Source: Polyangia bacterium (GTDB lineage: Bacteria; Myxococcota_A; Polyangia; JAAYKL01). From it: 64,000 nt of DNA. This document shows positions 42,864 to 53,543 of the stretch, piece after piece (positions within the stretch are counted from its first letter, which is position 1; each line of letters begins with the position of its first letter). The notes beneath the pieces are model-generated. The model ran no database searches. It worked only from the letters and a program-made list of their open reading frames with translations, and was not told the DNA's origin. The stretch spans positions 1 through 64,000 of the forward strand of contig JBNKCR010000012.1 of assembly GCA_050287845.1 (NCBI GenBank), written 5' to 3'. A program made the translations under genes and the position numbers.

Positions 42864-43532
42864 ATGATGTTTAAAATAATTTTTATATCTATGGGTATCG
42901 CTTTAATGGCAGGCTGGGGGTGCAGTGATAAATCCAAAGGCGGCGGGAGTGGCGATACAGACACCACTGATATCGATTCGGTTCCAGTGGCGGAGTTGAC
43001 CGATGAAGAAATGACCGCGTTCTGCGGTGACCTTTACGATTCAACAATGGATAAGATGATGACCTTTTACGAGACGTCCCCTGACGAAGCGTGCCAGTTG
43101 GCAGGGGGAATCGCCGCGCAGATGGCCTATGACCAGGGAACCTCGGAACAGGCCATTTTGCTGGCCTGTGAGCTTGCGATAACCACCTGTGGGGCTGGTG
43201 ACCCGGAGATGCTTCTGGCGGTGACCACCACCGGCACAGCGTTCCTGGCATCGGAAGGTGAGTTCTGTGTGGGGGTTCAGGATATGTTTGATGGATGCGA
43301 AGCCACCACATCTGAAATGTCGCGCTGCTATCTCGCATTCGTCGACGCTGAGCTGGCGGATGCGAAAGCATCGGCGTCTGAGTTACCCGAGTGCACAGCA
43401 TATACATCGGCGTATTTTGAGTCTGATACGGCGGCGGCGCCAACGATTACAGATCTCAACCTGCCAGCTCCCTGTTTATCCCTCGCTTTAAAGTGCCCCC
43501 AGCTCATCACTTCCATGTCCTCTCTGATGTAA
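42864..43532 (+). CDS. Hypothetical Cys-containing helical lipoprotein
   Basis: Lipobox GWGC, GGGSGDTDTTD linker, paired Cys. Confidence 0.75.
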   Translation: MMFKIIFISMGIALMAGWGCSDKSKGGGSGDTDTTDIDSVPVAELTDEEMTAFCGDLYDSTMDKMMTFYETSPDEACQLAGGIAAQMAYDQGTSEQAILLACELAITTCGAGDPEMLLAVTTTGTAFLASEGEFCVGVQDMFDGCEATTSEMSRCYLAFVDAELADAKASASELPECTAYTSAYFESDTAAAPTITDLNLPAPCLSLALKCPQLITSMSSLM

Positions 43533-43657
43533 TACTGATTTTATTATCAGTGTAAAAGTAGGTTATTTGTAATATAAAGATTGCATTTCAGTGTGGCCCT
43601 TCGCTAAAATGTAAACTCTAACAACTAATTGAATTGAACCAGCTGATGGAGTGAAAC

Positions 43658-45580
43658 ATGCAGACGGATTCGTCTTCTCCACATCAGAGTACTGCCGGAA
43701 TCAGTGGCGATGTCGCTCTGATCCATCCCCGGTATGAAATCCGGGATGGTATCAGCGAGGATGCCTCAGGCATTCTGTATCGCGGCCGGGCGGTTTCGGA
43801 AAACCGGAAAGTGGCTATTCGACTTTTTGACGGCGAAATCAAACCGCACGTCGATGCATCCGGCGGCAGTGTGTTGCCATCTCTGTTGCGCATTCTCCAG
43901 GCAACGGAATTTCTCCGGACAGAAAAAGGAATGCCATTTGCGGTTTTTGACATGCCCGAAGGAAGATGTCTCGATAACGAACTCGGGGACCACGTATTCA
44001 TACCGGTGAATGTGGCAGCCCGTATTGCGCTGGAAGTGTCATTGACCATACGGGCGCTGCACGTTCACGGCCTGTGTCACGGCCATGTGAATGCGCAGAA
44101 TGTGTTTCTGAAACGGCAGCCCAGTGGGCGTCTCGATATTCAGTTGCTGTATCATCCCCTGGTTGGCGATCCGACAAAGTGCAATCTGCCGGGGTATCTC
44201 TCGCCGGAGTTGTGTGAAGGGGAGCGGGCACTCCGCAAATCAGATGATCACTGGGCCATCTGCGTGCTGTTTTATCGGATGGTATTTGGTAAAATGCCGT
44301 TTGCCGGAGTGTCTGGCGCCGAGGTACTGCAATCCATACGACAGAACGGAATTGTATTTCCGCGGATGACAAATTCACTGAGCCCGCTGGTGATGGAATT
44401 TATTCGCAAAAGTCTGGGGGTAACGGCGAGTGAACGTCCCGATGGCCGGGAACTGAACCTCCGATTCAAAGCGATTCTGAAAAAACAGTACAGCGCAACG
44501 GAGGACATGGAACCCATCACCGGGGTGTTGCCCGTTGGCGATCGTCCCACTGTTCCGCCCGATATCAATGCCATTGCCGTCAAGGACGCGTATAGGGAGG
44601 CGGTGAAGCGGACGACACGACCTGTGGCTGCGGAAGATACATTGCTTCTGGGCAAAGATGAGGAGATGCTGCATTCCGATACAGATGACACTCCGGAGAT
44701 GGATTTTGACTTTGATCCGGATTTGGAAATTGATATTGAAACGGAAATTGATGTGCGGGAAACGCAAACGTCACGTCCCCTCGACTACAGAGGCCAAGAC
44801 ATTTCCAACCGGTCCGTTGATTTCATGGTTTTGCCACCGATTCTGATGTCATCTGCCGAGATGACGAATTCTACCGGCGCATCGATGAGCGAGTGGCCGC
44901 CGGAAAACCCGATGGCATTCACGAAGGCCAGTATCGATACCTCGTGCATCGCGGTTCCGGAACAGTATAGAATGAAACGGAAGCGGTTGGTGAAACAGGT
45001 ATTCTTCAACATATCTCTCGGCATGGTTGCGGCCGTGGCGCTGTATCTGCTTTCCGGGATGGACAGGTTCGGGATCTGGCATGCGGAGGACGCCATCCGT
45101 GTAGCGGATACACCGATAGAAACGCCTTTGGCAAATTCGCTGGTTGAATCGGAATCGGTCCCCGAGACCTCCGGCAAAGAACCGGATATTGAAGCGCGCG
45201 AAAGTATTGCAGCAGCGCCAGCGTCTGCCGGGGAGGTTTTCATCAGAATGGAGAATCTGCCGGTGGGGGCATATATTCTGGTGAATGGGAGTCGCGCGGA
45301 ACATCCCATTGCGGTTCAGAAGTCTGCCAGACCGTTGGCCATTAATGTGGTTGTGGATGAACGGATTATTTATTCAACCATTCTTTTGCCTGAGGGGGAT
45401 CAGGTGATTACCCTCCCCGTGAAGGGGGAGCCGAAGAAGGTGAAGGGGCGAGTGTTTCGGCGCGCAGGCAAAGGGAAATCGGTGAAACCTCCGATTCGTG
45501 GCAAAAACAACCTCGGAAAGCTTTCGTCCAATCCCCATCAGCTCCGCGAGAATCCGTTCCTCGAGATCAATGTCCGGTGA
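43658..45580 (+). CDS. Membrane Ser/Thr kinase-like protein, probable pseudokinase, with extracytoplasmic PEGA-like domain
   Basis: Kinase fold motifs (YLSPE, SDDHWA, GKMPF) but VAIR, HGH and no DFG; TM helix. Confidence 0.75.
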   Translation: MQTDSSSPHQSTAGISGDVALIHPRYEIRDGISEDASGILYRGRAVSENRKVAIRLFDGEIKPHVDASGGSVLPSLLRILQATEFLRTEKGMPFAVFDMPEGRCLDNELGDHVFIPVNVAARIALEVSLTIRALHVHGLCHGHVNAQNVFLKRQPSGRLDIQLLYHPLVGDPTKCNLPGYLSPELCEGERALRKSDDHWAICVLFYRMVFGKMPFAGVSGAEVLQSIRQNGIVFPRMTNSLSPLVMEFIRKSLGVTASERPDGRELNLRFKAILKKQYSATEDMEPITGVLPVGDRPTVPPDINAIAVKDAYREAVKRTTRPVAAEDTLLLGKDEEMLHSDTDDTPEMDFDFDPDLEIDIETEIDVRETQTSRPLDYRGQDISNRSVDFMVLPPILMSSAEMTNSTGASMSEWPPENPMAFTKASIDTSCIAVPEQYRMKRKRLVKQVFFNISLGMVAAVALYLLSGMDRFGIWHAEDAIRVADTPIETPLANSLVESESVPETSGKEPDIEARESIAAAPASAGEVFIRMENLPVGAYILVNGSRAEHPIAVQKSARPLAINVVVDERIIYSTILLPEGDQVITLPVKGEPKKVKGRVFRRAGKGKSVKPPIRGKNNLGKLSSNPHQLRENPFLEINVR

Positions 45581-45838
45581 AGTTCACGCCTGTTCGTTTC
45601 CATTCTGTGCTGTTGGACGGTGTATTCAAGAAGAGAACAGGGCCTTCTTTTTAACGGTTCAGCTGAATTGCGCCCCCGGTGAAACAGTTGACGCCTGGTG
45701 AATGTGAGATATTTCTGTAAAAAATCAGTTTTCCTGTAAAACTGCCCGTATGACGCGAATTTCTCGATTGGATGTGCATATTTTGCGGGTTTAAAGTCTT
45801 GCCAGATTGGGTTGGGACGTCTACGTTTTCAGATACCC

Positions 45839-45936
45839 GTAAATTTACGCGGGCACGCGAACACAGCAAGCGTAAAATTGGTGCAGTCGGCGCTAGTCGG
45901 CAAGGTAGATTTACGCGGGCACGTGAACACAACAAG
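45839..45936. repeat. Two 32-bp imperfect direct repeats with 66-bp period
   Basis: GTAAATTTACGCGGGCACGCGAACACAGCAAG (45839-45870) and GTAGATTTACGCGGGCACGTGAACACAACAAG (45905-45936), 3 mismatches. Confidence 0.8.
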
Positions 45937-45999
45937 AGACAGTCGGCACCAGATCTTTGTGCATTCACGGTGTCCGGTATTGTGCATCGGAGAAATATA

Positions 46000-48900
46000 A
46001 TGTATCGAATATTTCTGGTTTTTTTTGGGATCAACGTGTTGCTGCTGGCAGGCTGCAAAGAAAATAAAAATGATGATGTGGTCACCGTGTCATCGGAAGT
46101 GCTGGTTGACGAGGATGGCGCCACCATCGTCACCGACGACAATGTGGTGGTCATTATTCCCGCTGGAGCTTTGATAAAGAAGGAGAAGATCACCGTCACT
46201 CCGTCTGACCTGGTAGTCGCACAGCTGGAGGTCTATAGCGCGGTGTACAGTCTGCAGCCAGCCAATCTGGAATTGCAGAAATCGGCTCAGCTGCTGATTC
46301 CTCTGCCAGAGGAAAATATCAGTCCGGACCAGCTGCAGATTTATCGGCTGGATGCCAATGGTGAACACGGCGGCGGATGGCAGCCATTGTCCAGCGAACT
46401 TCACACCACCGGCCGGCATCTGAGGGCGTCGGTGGCTCAGTTTGGTTTCTTCGTGTTGGCCAGACGGATGGATACATCAGGGGAAACGACCGTTGTCATC
46501 GGAACAGAAGGCGGGCGCCTGACCACTTCATCCGGACTGGTTCTGAATATTCCATCGGGATCTTTTTCAGAGCAGAATACTGTTGTGGTTCGGTCACTCC
46601 AGGTTTTTGTCACCGATATGCAGCAACATAGCTCGATGTACGAACTCCAGCCCATCAGCGTGTCACTGAAGATGCCCGCGCAGCTGACGATTCCATACGA
46701 CGAACCTGCCGCCGGCTCACAGAATCTGGCAATATTCAGAGCGGGACGGTCGGATGCCCCTGTTGCCGAATGGACCGAACTACTCAGTTCGACTGACCCT
46801 GCCGCCCACACTGTCTCGGCGAACACTACTCAGTTTGGATTTTTCGTGGTTGCGGTTCAGAGGTCCACGCCGACGGATACGGCGAGTGATACGGTCACCG
46901 CCACTGACACCGATACGGTCATCCCCGCAGATACGCAGACTGAAGACTCGGGGAGTGATTCCGATTCAATATCGACGCCGGTGGATTTCTGCGCAGAATC
47001 CCCGTGCGTGAATGGTACGTGCACGAACGGGGCGGATGGATTTGTCTGTACGTGTGAGACCGGGTATTCGGGAACCATCTGTGATGAATGTGCAACGGGC
47101 TATCAGGACAATGATTTCGACGGCGTATGCGATTTCGACTGTGGCCTGACAAGGCTGGATTGTGGCGTTCATGGGACGTGCGACGATTCGCTGGGGACCG
47201 TCCAATGCGTCTGTGACGAAGGTATCACCGGCGCGTACTGCGACAATTGTGCTCCTGGATATCAGGACAATAACAGCGATGCGGTTTGTGAACTGGATTG
47301 TGCGACTGTTGGTTTTGACTGCGGCAGCAATGGCGCCTGTTCAGATGCATCCGGGACGGCAATGTGCATCTGCGATTCCGGCTATGCCGGTGCGGCGTGT
47401 GCGGTCTGCGCTCCGGGGTACCAGGACAACGACGCAGACGGTCTGTGCACTGAAACCTGCGCCACTGCCGAACTGAACTGTGGAAATCAGGGGACCTGCA
47501 GCGATGCGGGTGGTACTGCGATTTGTATTTGCAGCGATGGCTTCACCGGCACGTATTGCGACGGCTGCGCGGACGGATACCAGGACAGGGATGGCAATGG
47601 AGTGTGTACGCCTGCCTGTGGCACTGCGGACATCGATTGCGGTGAAAACGGCGCCTGCAGCGATGCGTCGGGGACTGCCAGTTGCGTTTGTGAAGCCGGG
47701 TACGATGGCGACAGCTGTTCACAGTGCGCGGTCGGGTACCAGGATTTCGACGAAAACGGTACCTGTACGCCGGACTGTACCACCGCAGCGCTCGTCTGTG
47801 GCGGCAACAACGGCACCTGCGCGGACAGTTCCGGCACCGCGAGATGTGAGTGTCTGGAGGGCTATACCGGCTCGGACTGCGCGGATTGCACCGCCGGGTA
47901 TCAGGACAACAATCAGGATGGCACATGTGAGCAGACATGCGAGTCGGCCAGCCTGGATTGCGGCAGTTATGGTGCATGCAGTGATGGCAGCGGTCTGGCC
48001 ACATGCGTTTGTGGGACCGGATACACCGGAACGAGTTGTTCGGATTGTATAGCGGGGTATCAGGATAACGATAGCAACGGCAGCTGTCTTTTGACCTGTG
48101 CCAGCACCAATCTGGATTGCGGCAGCAACGGGGAATGCTCGGATGCGTCGGGCAACGCCATATGCAGTTGCAGTACCGGTTATGATGGCGCCGCATGCGA
48201 TGTGTGCGCCTCGGGCTATCAGGATAACGATGAAGATGGGGTGTGCAATCCGGATTGCACCGGTACGGATTTGAATTGCGGGAACAATGGTACCTGCTCG
48301 GATACAACCGGGGCGGCGATGTGCATCTGCGATACCGGATACAACGGTGAGACCTGTGCAGCATGTGCTCCGGGCTATCAGGATAACGATGGAGACGGTG
48401 TATGTAGCGCGACCTGCGAGATTGCCGGATTGAATTGTGGCAACGGTACCTGTGTCGACTCATCGGGCGCGGCGATGTGCAGCTGTTCGGCGGGATATGA
48501 AGGTGCGGATTGCACCGTGTGTGCGACCGGGTATCAGGATAACAATCAGGATGGCACATGTGAGTTGACATGCGGGTCAGCCAACCTGAATTGCGGCAGC
48601 TACGGTGCATGTAGCGATAGCAGCGGTTCAGCTATGTGCATTTGTGGGACTGGATACACCGGGCCTGATTGTTCGGTTTGCGCAACCGGTTATCAGGATA
48701 ATGATAACAACGGCAGCTGTCTGTTGACCTGTGACAGCACCAACCTGAATTGCAGCGGCAACGGGGAATGCTCGGATACGTCGGGCAACGCCATGTGCAG
48801 TTGTGATACTGGCTATGATGGAGCGACATGCGCCGTATGCGCAGCGGGCTATCAGGATAACGATGGAGACGATGTGTGCGCTCCGGATTGCACCAGCGCA

Positions 48901-51900
48901 AATTTAAATTGCGGAAACAATGGCACCTGCTCGGATACGACAGGGGCGGCGATGTGCATCTGCGATACCGGATACGACGGTGAGACCTGTGCAGCCTGTG
49001 CTCCCGGATATCAGGACAACGATCAGAATGGCGTGTGCAACATGACATGCACATCCTCTCAGTTGAATTGTGGTGATTTCGGTGATTGCAGCGACCAGGC
49101 AGGTACGCCAGTGTGCGTATGCGATGAAGGAGTTACCGGCACCTACTGTGATAACTGCGCGGATGGCTATCAGGATAACGACCAGGATGGGGAGTGTAGT
49201 CCGGATTGTGCAACATCGGGGTTGAACTGCGGCGCCAATGGTTCCTGCGCTGACACCAGTGGTGCGGCGATTTGCGTGTGCCAGACGGGGTATGATGGTT
49301 TATCATGCGACACGTGCGCAACGGGCTATCAGGACAATAATAATAATGGTTCGTGTGTGCCGACCTGTGCCACGTCCGGATTGAACTGCGGTGATTTTGG
49401 CACCTGCAGTGACAATAGTGGGACGGCAGCCTGTGTGTGTGATGAAGGGTATACGGGCAGCAGCTGTAACAGTTGTTCGGCCGGATACCAGGATTTTGAC
49501 AACAATGGCACCTGTGAATTGAGCTGCAGCGGCGCCGAACTGAGTTGTGGATCCTTTGGACAATGCGACGACACAACGGGGACTGCGGCGTGTGTCTGTG
49601 ATGATGGGTACGACGGGGCGAGTTGCAATGTGTGTGCGGCGGGCTATCAGGATAACGACAACAGTGGCACCTGTGAACCCGAGTGCGCGACGTCTGGATT
49701 GAACTGCGGCAGCAATGGCGCCTGTGCCGATACCACGGGCGTTGCCATCTGTGCCTGTGACACGGGATACACCGGGGCAACCTGCAACCTGTGCGCAACC
49801 GGTTATCAGGATAACGACAACAGCGGCACCTGCGCACCCGACTGTGCAACATCCGGATTGAACTGCGGCGCCAATGGTGCCTGCGCTGACACCAGTGGTG
49901 CGGCGATTTGCGAGTGCCGAACGGGGTATGATGGCCCATCATGCGACACGTGCGCAACCGGGTATCAGGACAATGATGATAATGGTTCGTGTGTGCCGAC
50001 CTGTGCCACGTCCGGATTGAACTGCGGTGACTTTGGCACCTGCAGTGACAATAGTGGGGCGGCAGCCTGTGTGTGTGATGAAGGGTATACGGGCAGCAGC
50101 TGTAACAGTTGTTCGATCGGATACCAGGATTTTGACAACAATGGCACCTGCGAGTTGACCTGCGCCGGTGCGGGTCTGAGCTGCGGCGTATTTGGACAAT
50201 GTGACGACACTGGCGGGACTGCGGCCTGCGTCTGCGATACGGGATATGATGGTGAAACGTGCAATGTGTGTGCATCCGGGTATCAGGATAACGACAACAG
50301 TGGCACCTGCGAACCTGACTGCGCGACTTCCGGATTGAACTGCGGCAGCAATGGCGCCTGTGCCGATACCTCCGGCGTGGCTATCTGCGCCTGTGACACG
50401 GGGTACACCGGGGCGGCCTGCGACGTGTGTGCTTCGGGGTATCAGGACAACGACGACAATGGTACGTGTGCGTCGAACTGCGCAACGTCCGGTTTGAATT
50501 GTGGCCAATTTGGCGCCTGTAGCGATGCCACGGGGGAAGCATTGTGCGCCTGTGACACGGGGTACACCGGGGCGGCCTGCGACGCGTGCGCATTGGGATA
50601 TCAGGACAACGATGACAATGGTACGTGTGTGCCGAACTGTGCAACGTCGGGATTGAATTGTGGTGAATTTGGCACCTGCAGCGACAACAGTGGCGTGGCT
50701 CGATGCGCCTGTGACATCGGATATACCGGGGCAGCGTGCGACGCGTGTGCAACGGGCTATCAGGACAATGACCAGGATGGGGTGTGTGCTCCGGATTGTG
50801 CAACATCGGGATTGAACTGCGGCAGCAATGGATCCTGTTCAGATACCTCCGGCGCGGCGACCTGCATGTGCGCAACGGGGTACGACGGCCCGACATGTGA
50901 TGCGTGTGCAACGGGTTATCAGGACAATGATTTCAATTTCATCTGCGAAGAGAGCTGCACCATATCCACCCTGAGCTGCAACGAGCATGGCAGCTGCAAC
51001 GACACATCGGGAACTCCCGAATGCGCCTGTGAAGCCGGATACGCCGGGAACAACTGTGAACTGTGCGCATCGGGTTATCAGGACAATGACCGGGATGGAC
51101 TGTGTTCGTGGGACTGCACTATGGCGGACTTGACGTGCAGCGATCGCGGTAGCTGCAGCGATACCAGTGGTACGGCCATCTGCGTATGCGACGAAGGATA
51201 CGATGGGCAGGACTGTGAACTCTGTGATGACGGCTACGTGCGAAACCCGGTTGATGAGAGCTGTAACCCGGGATGCGAACTGCTTTCCCTGGCGTGCAGC
51301 AATCACGGGTATTGCAATGATGCGGATGGCTTTGCCGAATGCATTTGCGACGAAGGATATGTTGGGGATGCCTGTGACGGTTGCAATGACGGATATATCC
51401 CCCAGGACGATGGCTCCTGCCTGCCGGGATGCGCGGTGGCAAACCTGGACTGCAACAACCACGGGGTCTGCGACGACAATAGCGGTGTGGTCGCCTGTGT
51501 GTGTGACAAAGCGTATGTCGGCACCTATTGCGACCAGTGCGCTGCTGGATTCCAGGACAACGACGGGGACGGCGAGTGCAATCCCACGTGTGCCACTGCC
51601 AATTTTGTGTGCGGGAAATACCAGGTGTGCAGTGACAGTTCCGGTCTGGCCAGGTGTGTTGGCGATGGTATCTGCGGAGGAGAGACCATCGATATTTCAA
51701 ACTTCGTACCAGGGGGGGACAGTGGTGTCGGGGTGCGGAGAACCACTGCCGGTGCAACGGATGCGCTGGTGGAATCAGACAATTTCTGGTGCTGGAAAAC
51801 CTACTCCACTTCAGAACAGATATTCCACTTCACGCCGCCTGCAACCATGTATCTGCGCATATTTACCAGCGAGAGCGATTATGATGCCATGGTGAGTGTA

Positions 51901-53394
51901 TTGGACAACTGTCCGACACCTGATGGTTGCTGGTTCAGCGACGATGAACACGTGGCGACCCTGGAATCGGAAGTTCCCTGCCAGCAGTATGCCGTTGGCA
52001 GGACGTACAGCGCTGTTGTTTCGGGATTCCAGAGCGAATCAGGGATGTTTACGCTCAACGTGCAGCAGTGCGATCCCAAAGCGCTGGAACCCCCGGAGTG
52101 TGCGCCCTATGAAATTCAGATGGATGCGGGGTGCGTGCCGGTGCCCGAGAACTGCCGCAATGAAGTGGTGGAATTCAAAGACCCGGCGTTGAATCAGGCG
52201 GTTCACGACGCCCTGGAAATCGGGACAACCAAAGATGTGTATATCTGGGATGTTTTCTACCAGAACGTCCTTTCTGTTGATGGAGGTGCATTGAAGGAGC
52301 GCATCGTGAGTCTGGAAGGTTTGGAATGTTTCCAGAATCTGACAGGACTCTACTTGCCGAATCACGATATCATTGATGTCGGCGCCATCGGAAAGCTGAC
52401 GCAGTTGGACCAGTTGGACCTCAGTGGAAATCAAATATCGGATATTACGCCTCTGGGGAAATTACGGGCGCTGACCTTCCTGAATCTTCGGGACAATATG
52501 GTCTCGAATGTACGACCACTTCAGGGGATGACCGGTATGTCTCAGCTGGATGTTGCAAATAATCAGATAAGCGACATTTATCCACTGCGCTTTATGACAC
52601 TGCTGAAATCCCTCGACTTGAGTGGCAATCCAATAGAAAAATTGAGCCCCCTTTCCAGCATCCAATCAATTGAATTTCTGACAGTGTCGAATACCCTGAT
52701 TCAGACGTTGAACGGACTGGAAAACATGACAGCGCTTCAGCGGCTGGAGGCTGGCGATTGTCAGATAAGTACCCCGGATGCCATTGCCCGGACGGGGCGT
52801 CTGCTGCAATTGACGTTGAGCAACAACAAGCTGGAGACGCTGGATATGCTGGCAGGCCTTGTCAACCTCACCCTGTTGAAAGTGGACGGAAACAATATCA
52901 CTGACCTGTCGCCCCTGGCAAAAATGTCGCGGCTGACGGAATTGTGGATTTCCAACAATCAGATTGAATCTGTAGACTCACTCGCGTCCCTGTTCAATTT
53001 ACTGACACTTGAGGCCGGGAACAATTTGATTTCAAATTTCATTCCGCTGACCGAAGCGACGAAGCTGACTACATTGAATCTGGAAAACAACAAATTGACC
53101 AATGTGAAAGGCATCAACACCTTCGGCGCACTGTCGAGCCTTGACATCAGTGGCAACGGTATTCAGTATATTGAAGAACTCGCTTCGTTGACCGGCTTGA
53201 ACAGGATAGATTTGAGCAATAATGTCATCGCGGATATTTTACCCCTGGTGACAAATCAGGGAATAGGGGGAAATGACGTTCTCCATATCGAAGTTAACGC
53301 TTACGATTGCAAGGACCCGACGACACTGGAGTACATCATCAATCTCAATAGCAGGCTTTCCGAATTCACTCACGATTGCGGTGTCCTTCGCTGA
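46000..53394 (+). CDS. Giant surface lipoprotein (2464 aa): 2 ZU5-like domains, about 29 laminin/EGF-like repeats, PPC-like domain, internalin-type LRR
   Basis: Lipobox LAGC; IPAGAL/IPSGSF ZU5 motifs; ~53-aa C..GYQDND.DG.C units; FKDPAL cap plus LDLSGNQISDITPL LRRs. Confidence 0.88.
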   Translation: MYRIFLVFFGINVLLLAGCKENKNDDVVTVSSEVLVDEDGATIVTDDNVVVIIPAGALIKKEKITVTPSDLVVAQLEVYSAVYSLQPANLELQKSAQLLIPLPEENISPDQLQIYRLDANGEHGGGWQPLSSELHTTGRHLRASVAQFGFFVLARRMDTSGETTVVIGTEGGRLTTSSGLVLNIPSGSFSEQNTVVVRSLQVFVTDMQQHSSMYELQPISVSLKMPAQLTIPYDEPAAGSQNLAIFRAGRSDAPVAEWTELLSSTDPAAHTVSANTTQFGFFVVAVQRSTPTDTASDTVTATDTDTVIPADTQTEDSGSDSDSISTPVDFCAESPCVNGTCTNGADGFVCTCETGYSGTICDECATGYQDNDFDGVCDFDCGLTRLDCGVHGTCDDSLGTVQCVCDEGITGAYCDNCAPGYQDNNSDAVCELDCATVGFDCGSNGACSDASGTAMCICDSGYAGAACAVCAPGYQDNDADGLCTETCATAELNCGNQGTCSDAGGTAICICSDGFTGTYCDGCADGYQDRDGNGVCTPACGTADIDCGENGACSDASGTASCVCEAGYDGDSCSQCAVGYQDFDENGTCTPDCTTAALVCGGNNGTCADSSGTARCECLEGYTGSDCADCTAGYQDNNQDGTCEQTCESASLDCGSYGACSDGSGLATCVCGTGYTGTSCSDCIAGYQDNDSNGSCLLTCASTNLDCGSNGECSDASGNAICSCSTGYDGAACDVCASGYQDNDEDGVCNPDCTGTDLNCGNNGTCSDTTGAAMCICDTGYNGETCAACAPGYQDNDGDGVCSATCEIAGLNCGNGTCVDSSGAAMCSCSAGYEGADCTVCATGYQDNNQDGTCELTCGSANLNCGSYGACSDSSGSAMCICGTGYTGPDCSVCATGYQDNDNNGSCLLTCDSTNLNCSGNGECSDTSGNAMCSCDTGYDGATCAVCAAGYQDNDGDDVCAPDCTSANLNCGNNGTCSDTTGAAMCICDTGYDGETCAACAPGYQDNDQNGVCNMTCTSSQLNCGDFGDCSDQAGTPVCVCDEGVTGTYCDNCADGYQDNDQDGECSPDCATSGLNCGANGSCADTSGAAICVCQTGYDGLSCDTCATGYQDNNNNGSCVPTCATSGLNCGDFGTCSDNSGTAACVCDEGYTGSSCNSCSAGYQDFDNNGTCELSCSGAELSCGSFGQCDDTTGTAACVCDDGYDGASCNVCAAGYQDNDNSGTCEPECATSGLNCGSNGACADTTGVAICACDTGYTGATCNLCATGYQDNDNSGTCAPDCATSGLNCGANGACADTSGAAICECRTGYDGPSCDTCATGYQDNDDNGSCVPTCATSGLNCGDFGTCSDNSGAAACVCDEGYTGSSCNSCSIGYQDFDNNGTCELTCAGAGLSCGVFGQCDDTGGTAACVCDTGYDGETCNVCASGYQDNDNSGTCEPDCATSGLNCGSNGACADTSGVAICACDTGYTGAACDVCASGYQDNDDNGTCASNCATSGLNCGQFGACSDATGEALCACDTGYTGAACDACALGYQDNDDNGTCVPNCATSGLNCGEFGTCSDNSGVARCACDIGYTGAACDACATGYQDNDQDGVCAPDCATSGLNCGSNGSCSDTSGAATCMCATGYDGPTCDACATGYQDNDFNFICEESCTISTLSCNEHGSCNDTSGTPECACEAGYAGNNCELCASGYQDNDRDGLCSWDCTMADLTCSDRGSCSDTSGTAICVCDEGYDGQDCELCDDGYVRNPVDESCNPGCELLSLACSNHGYCNDADGFAECICDEGYVGDACDGCNDGYIPQDDGSCLPGCAVANLDCNNHGVCDDNSGVVACVCDKAYVGTYCDQCAAGFQDNDGDGECNPTCATANFVCGKYQVCSDSSGLARCVGDGICGGETIDISNFVPGGDSGVGVRRTTAGATDALVESDNFWCWKTYSTSEQIFHFTPPATMYLRIFTSESDYDAMVSVLDNCPTPDGCWFSDDEHVATLESEVPCQQYAVGRTYSAVVSGFQSESGMFTLNVQQCDPKALEPPECAPYEIQMDAGCVPVPENCRNEVVEFKDPALNQAVHDALEIGTTKDVYIWDVFYQNVLSVDGGALKERIVSLEGLECFQNLTGLYLPNHDIIDVGAIGKLTQLDQLDLSGNQISDITPLGKLRALTFLNLRDNMVSNVRPLQGMTGMSQLDVANNQISDIYPLRFMTLLKSLDLSGNPIEKLSPLSSIQSIEFLTVSNTLIQTLNGLENMTALQRLEAGDCQISTPDAIARTGRLLQLTLSNNKLETLDMLAGLVNLTLLKVDGNNITDLSPLAKMSRLTELWISNNQIESVDSLASLFNLLTLEAGNNLISNFIPLTEATKLTTLNLENNKLTNVKGINTFGALSSLDISGNGIQYIEELASLTGLNRIDLSNNVIADILPLVTNQGIGGNDVLHIEVNAYDCKDPTTLEYIINLNSRLSEFTHDCGVLR

Positions 53395-53543
53395 TGGGTT
53401 GGACGACTTGCGGCGGGGTGCGTAAGGTATCAGTTGCGCCATCCGACACACGCCCTTGACTTGTGTTCGGGGTAGAAATTGTTAATCTGGTTTCATCACG
53501 ATATTTTTTATCTGCGATGGCACTTTTATTCAGGAGAAACAAA

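Noticed and set aside
45839..45936. Bona fide CRISPR array
   Set aside because: Only two imperfect repeats, weak palindrome, no cas genes; kept only as an unexplained repeat
45772..45999. N-terminal extension of the giant lipoprotein given in the ORF track
   Set aside because: The signal peptide and lipobox begin at ATG 46000; the extension only reads through the leader repeats
53518..53533. TGGCACTTTTATTCAG as a sigma54 promoter
   Set aside because: The -12 element lacks GC and the implied start site would fall at the ATG, after the RBS
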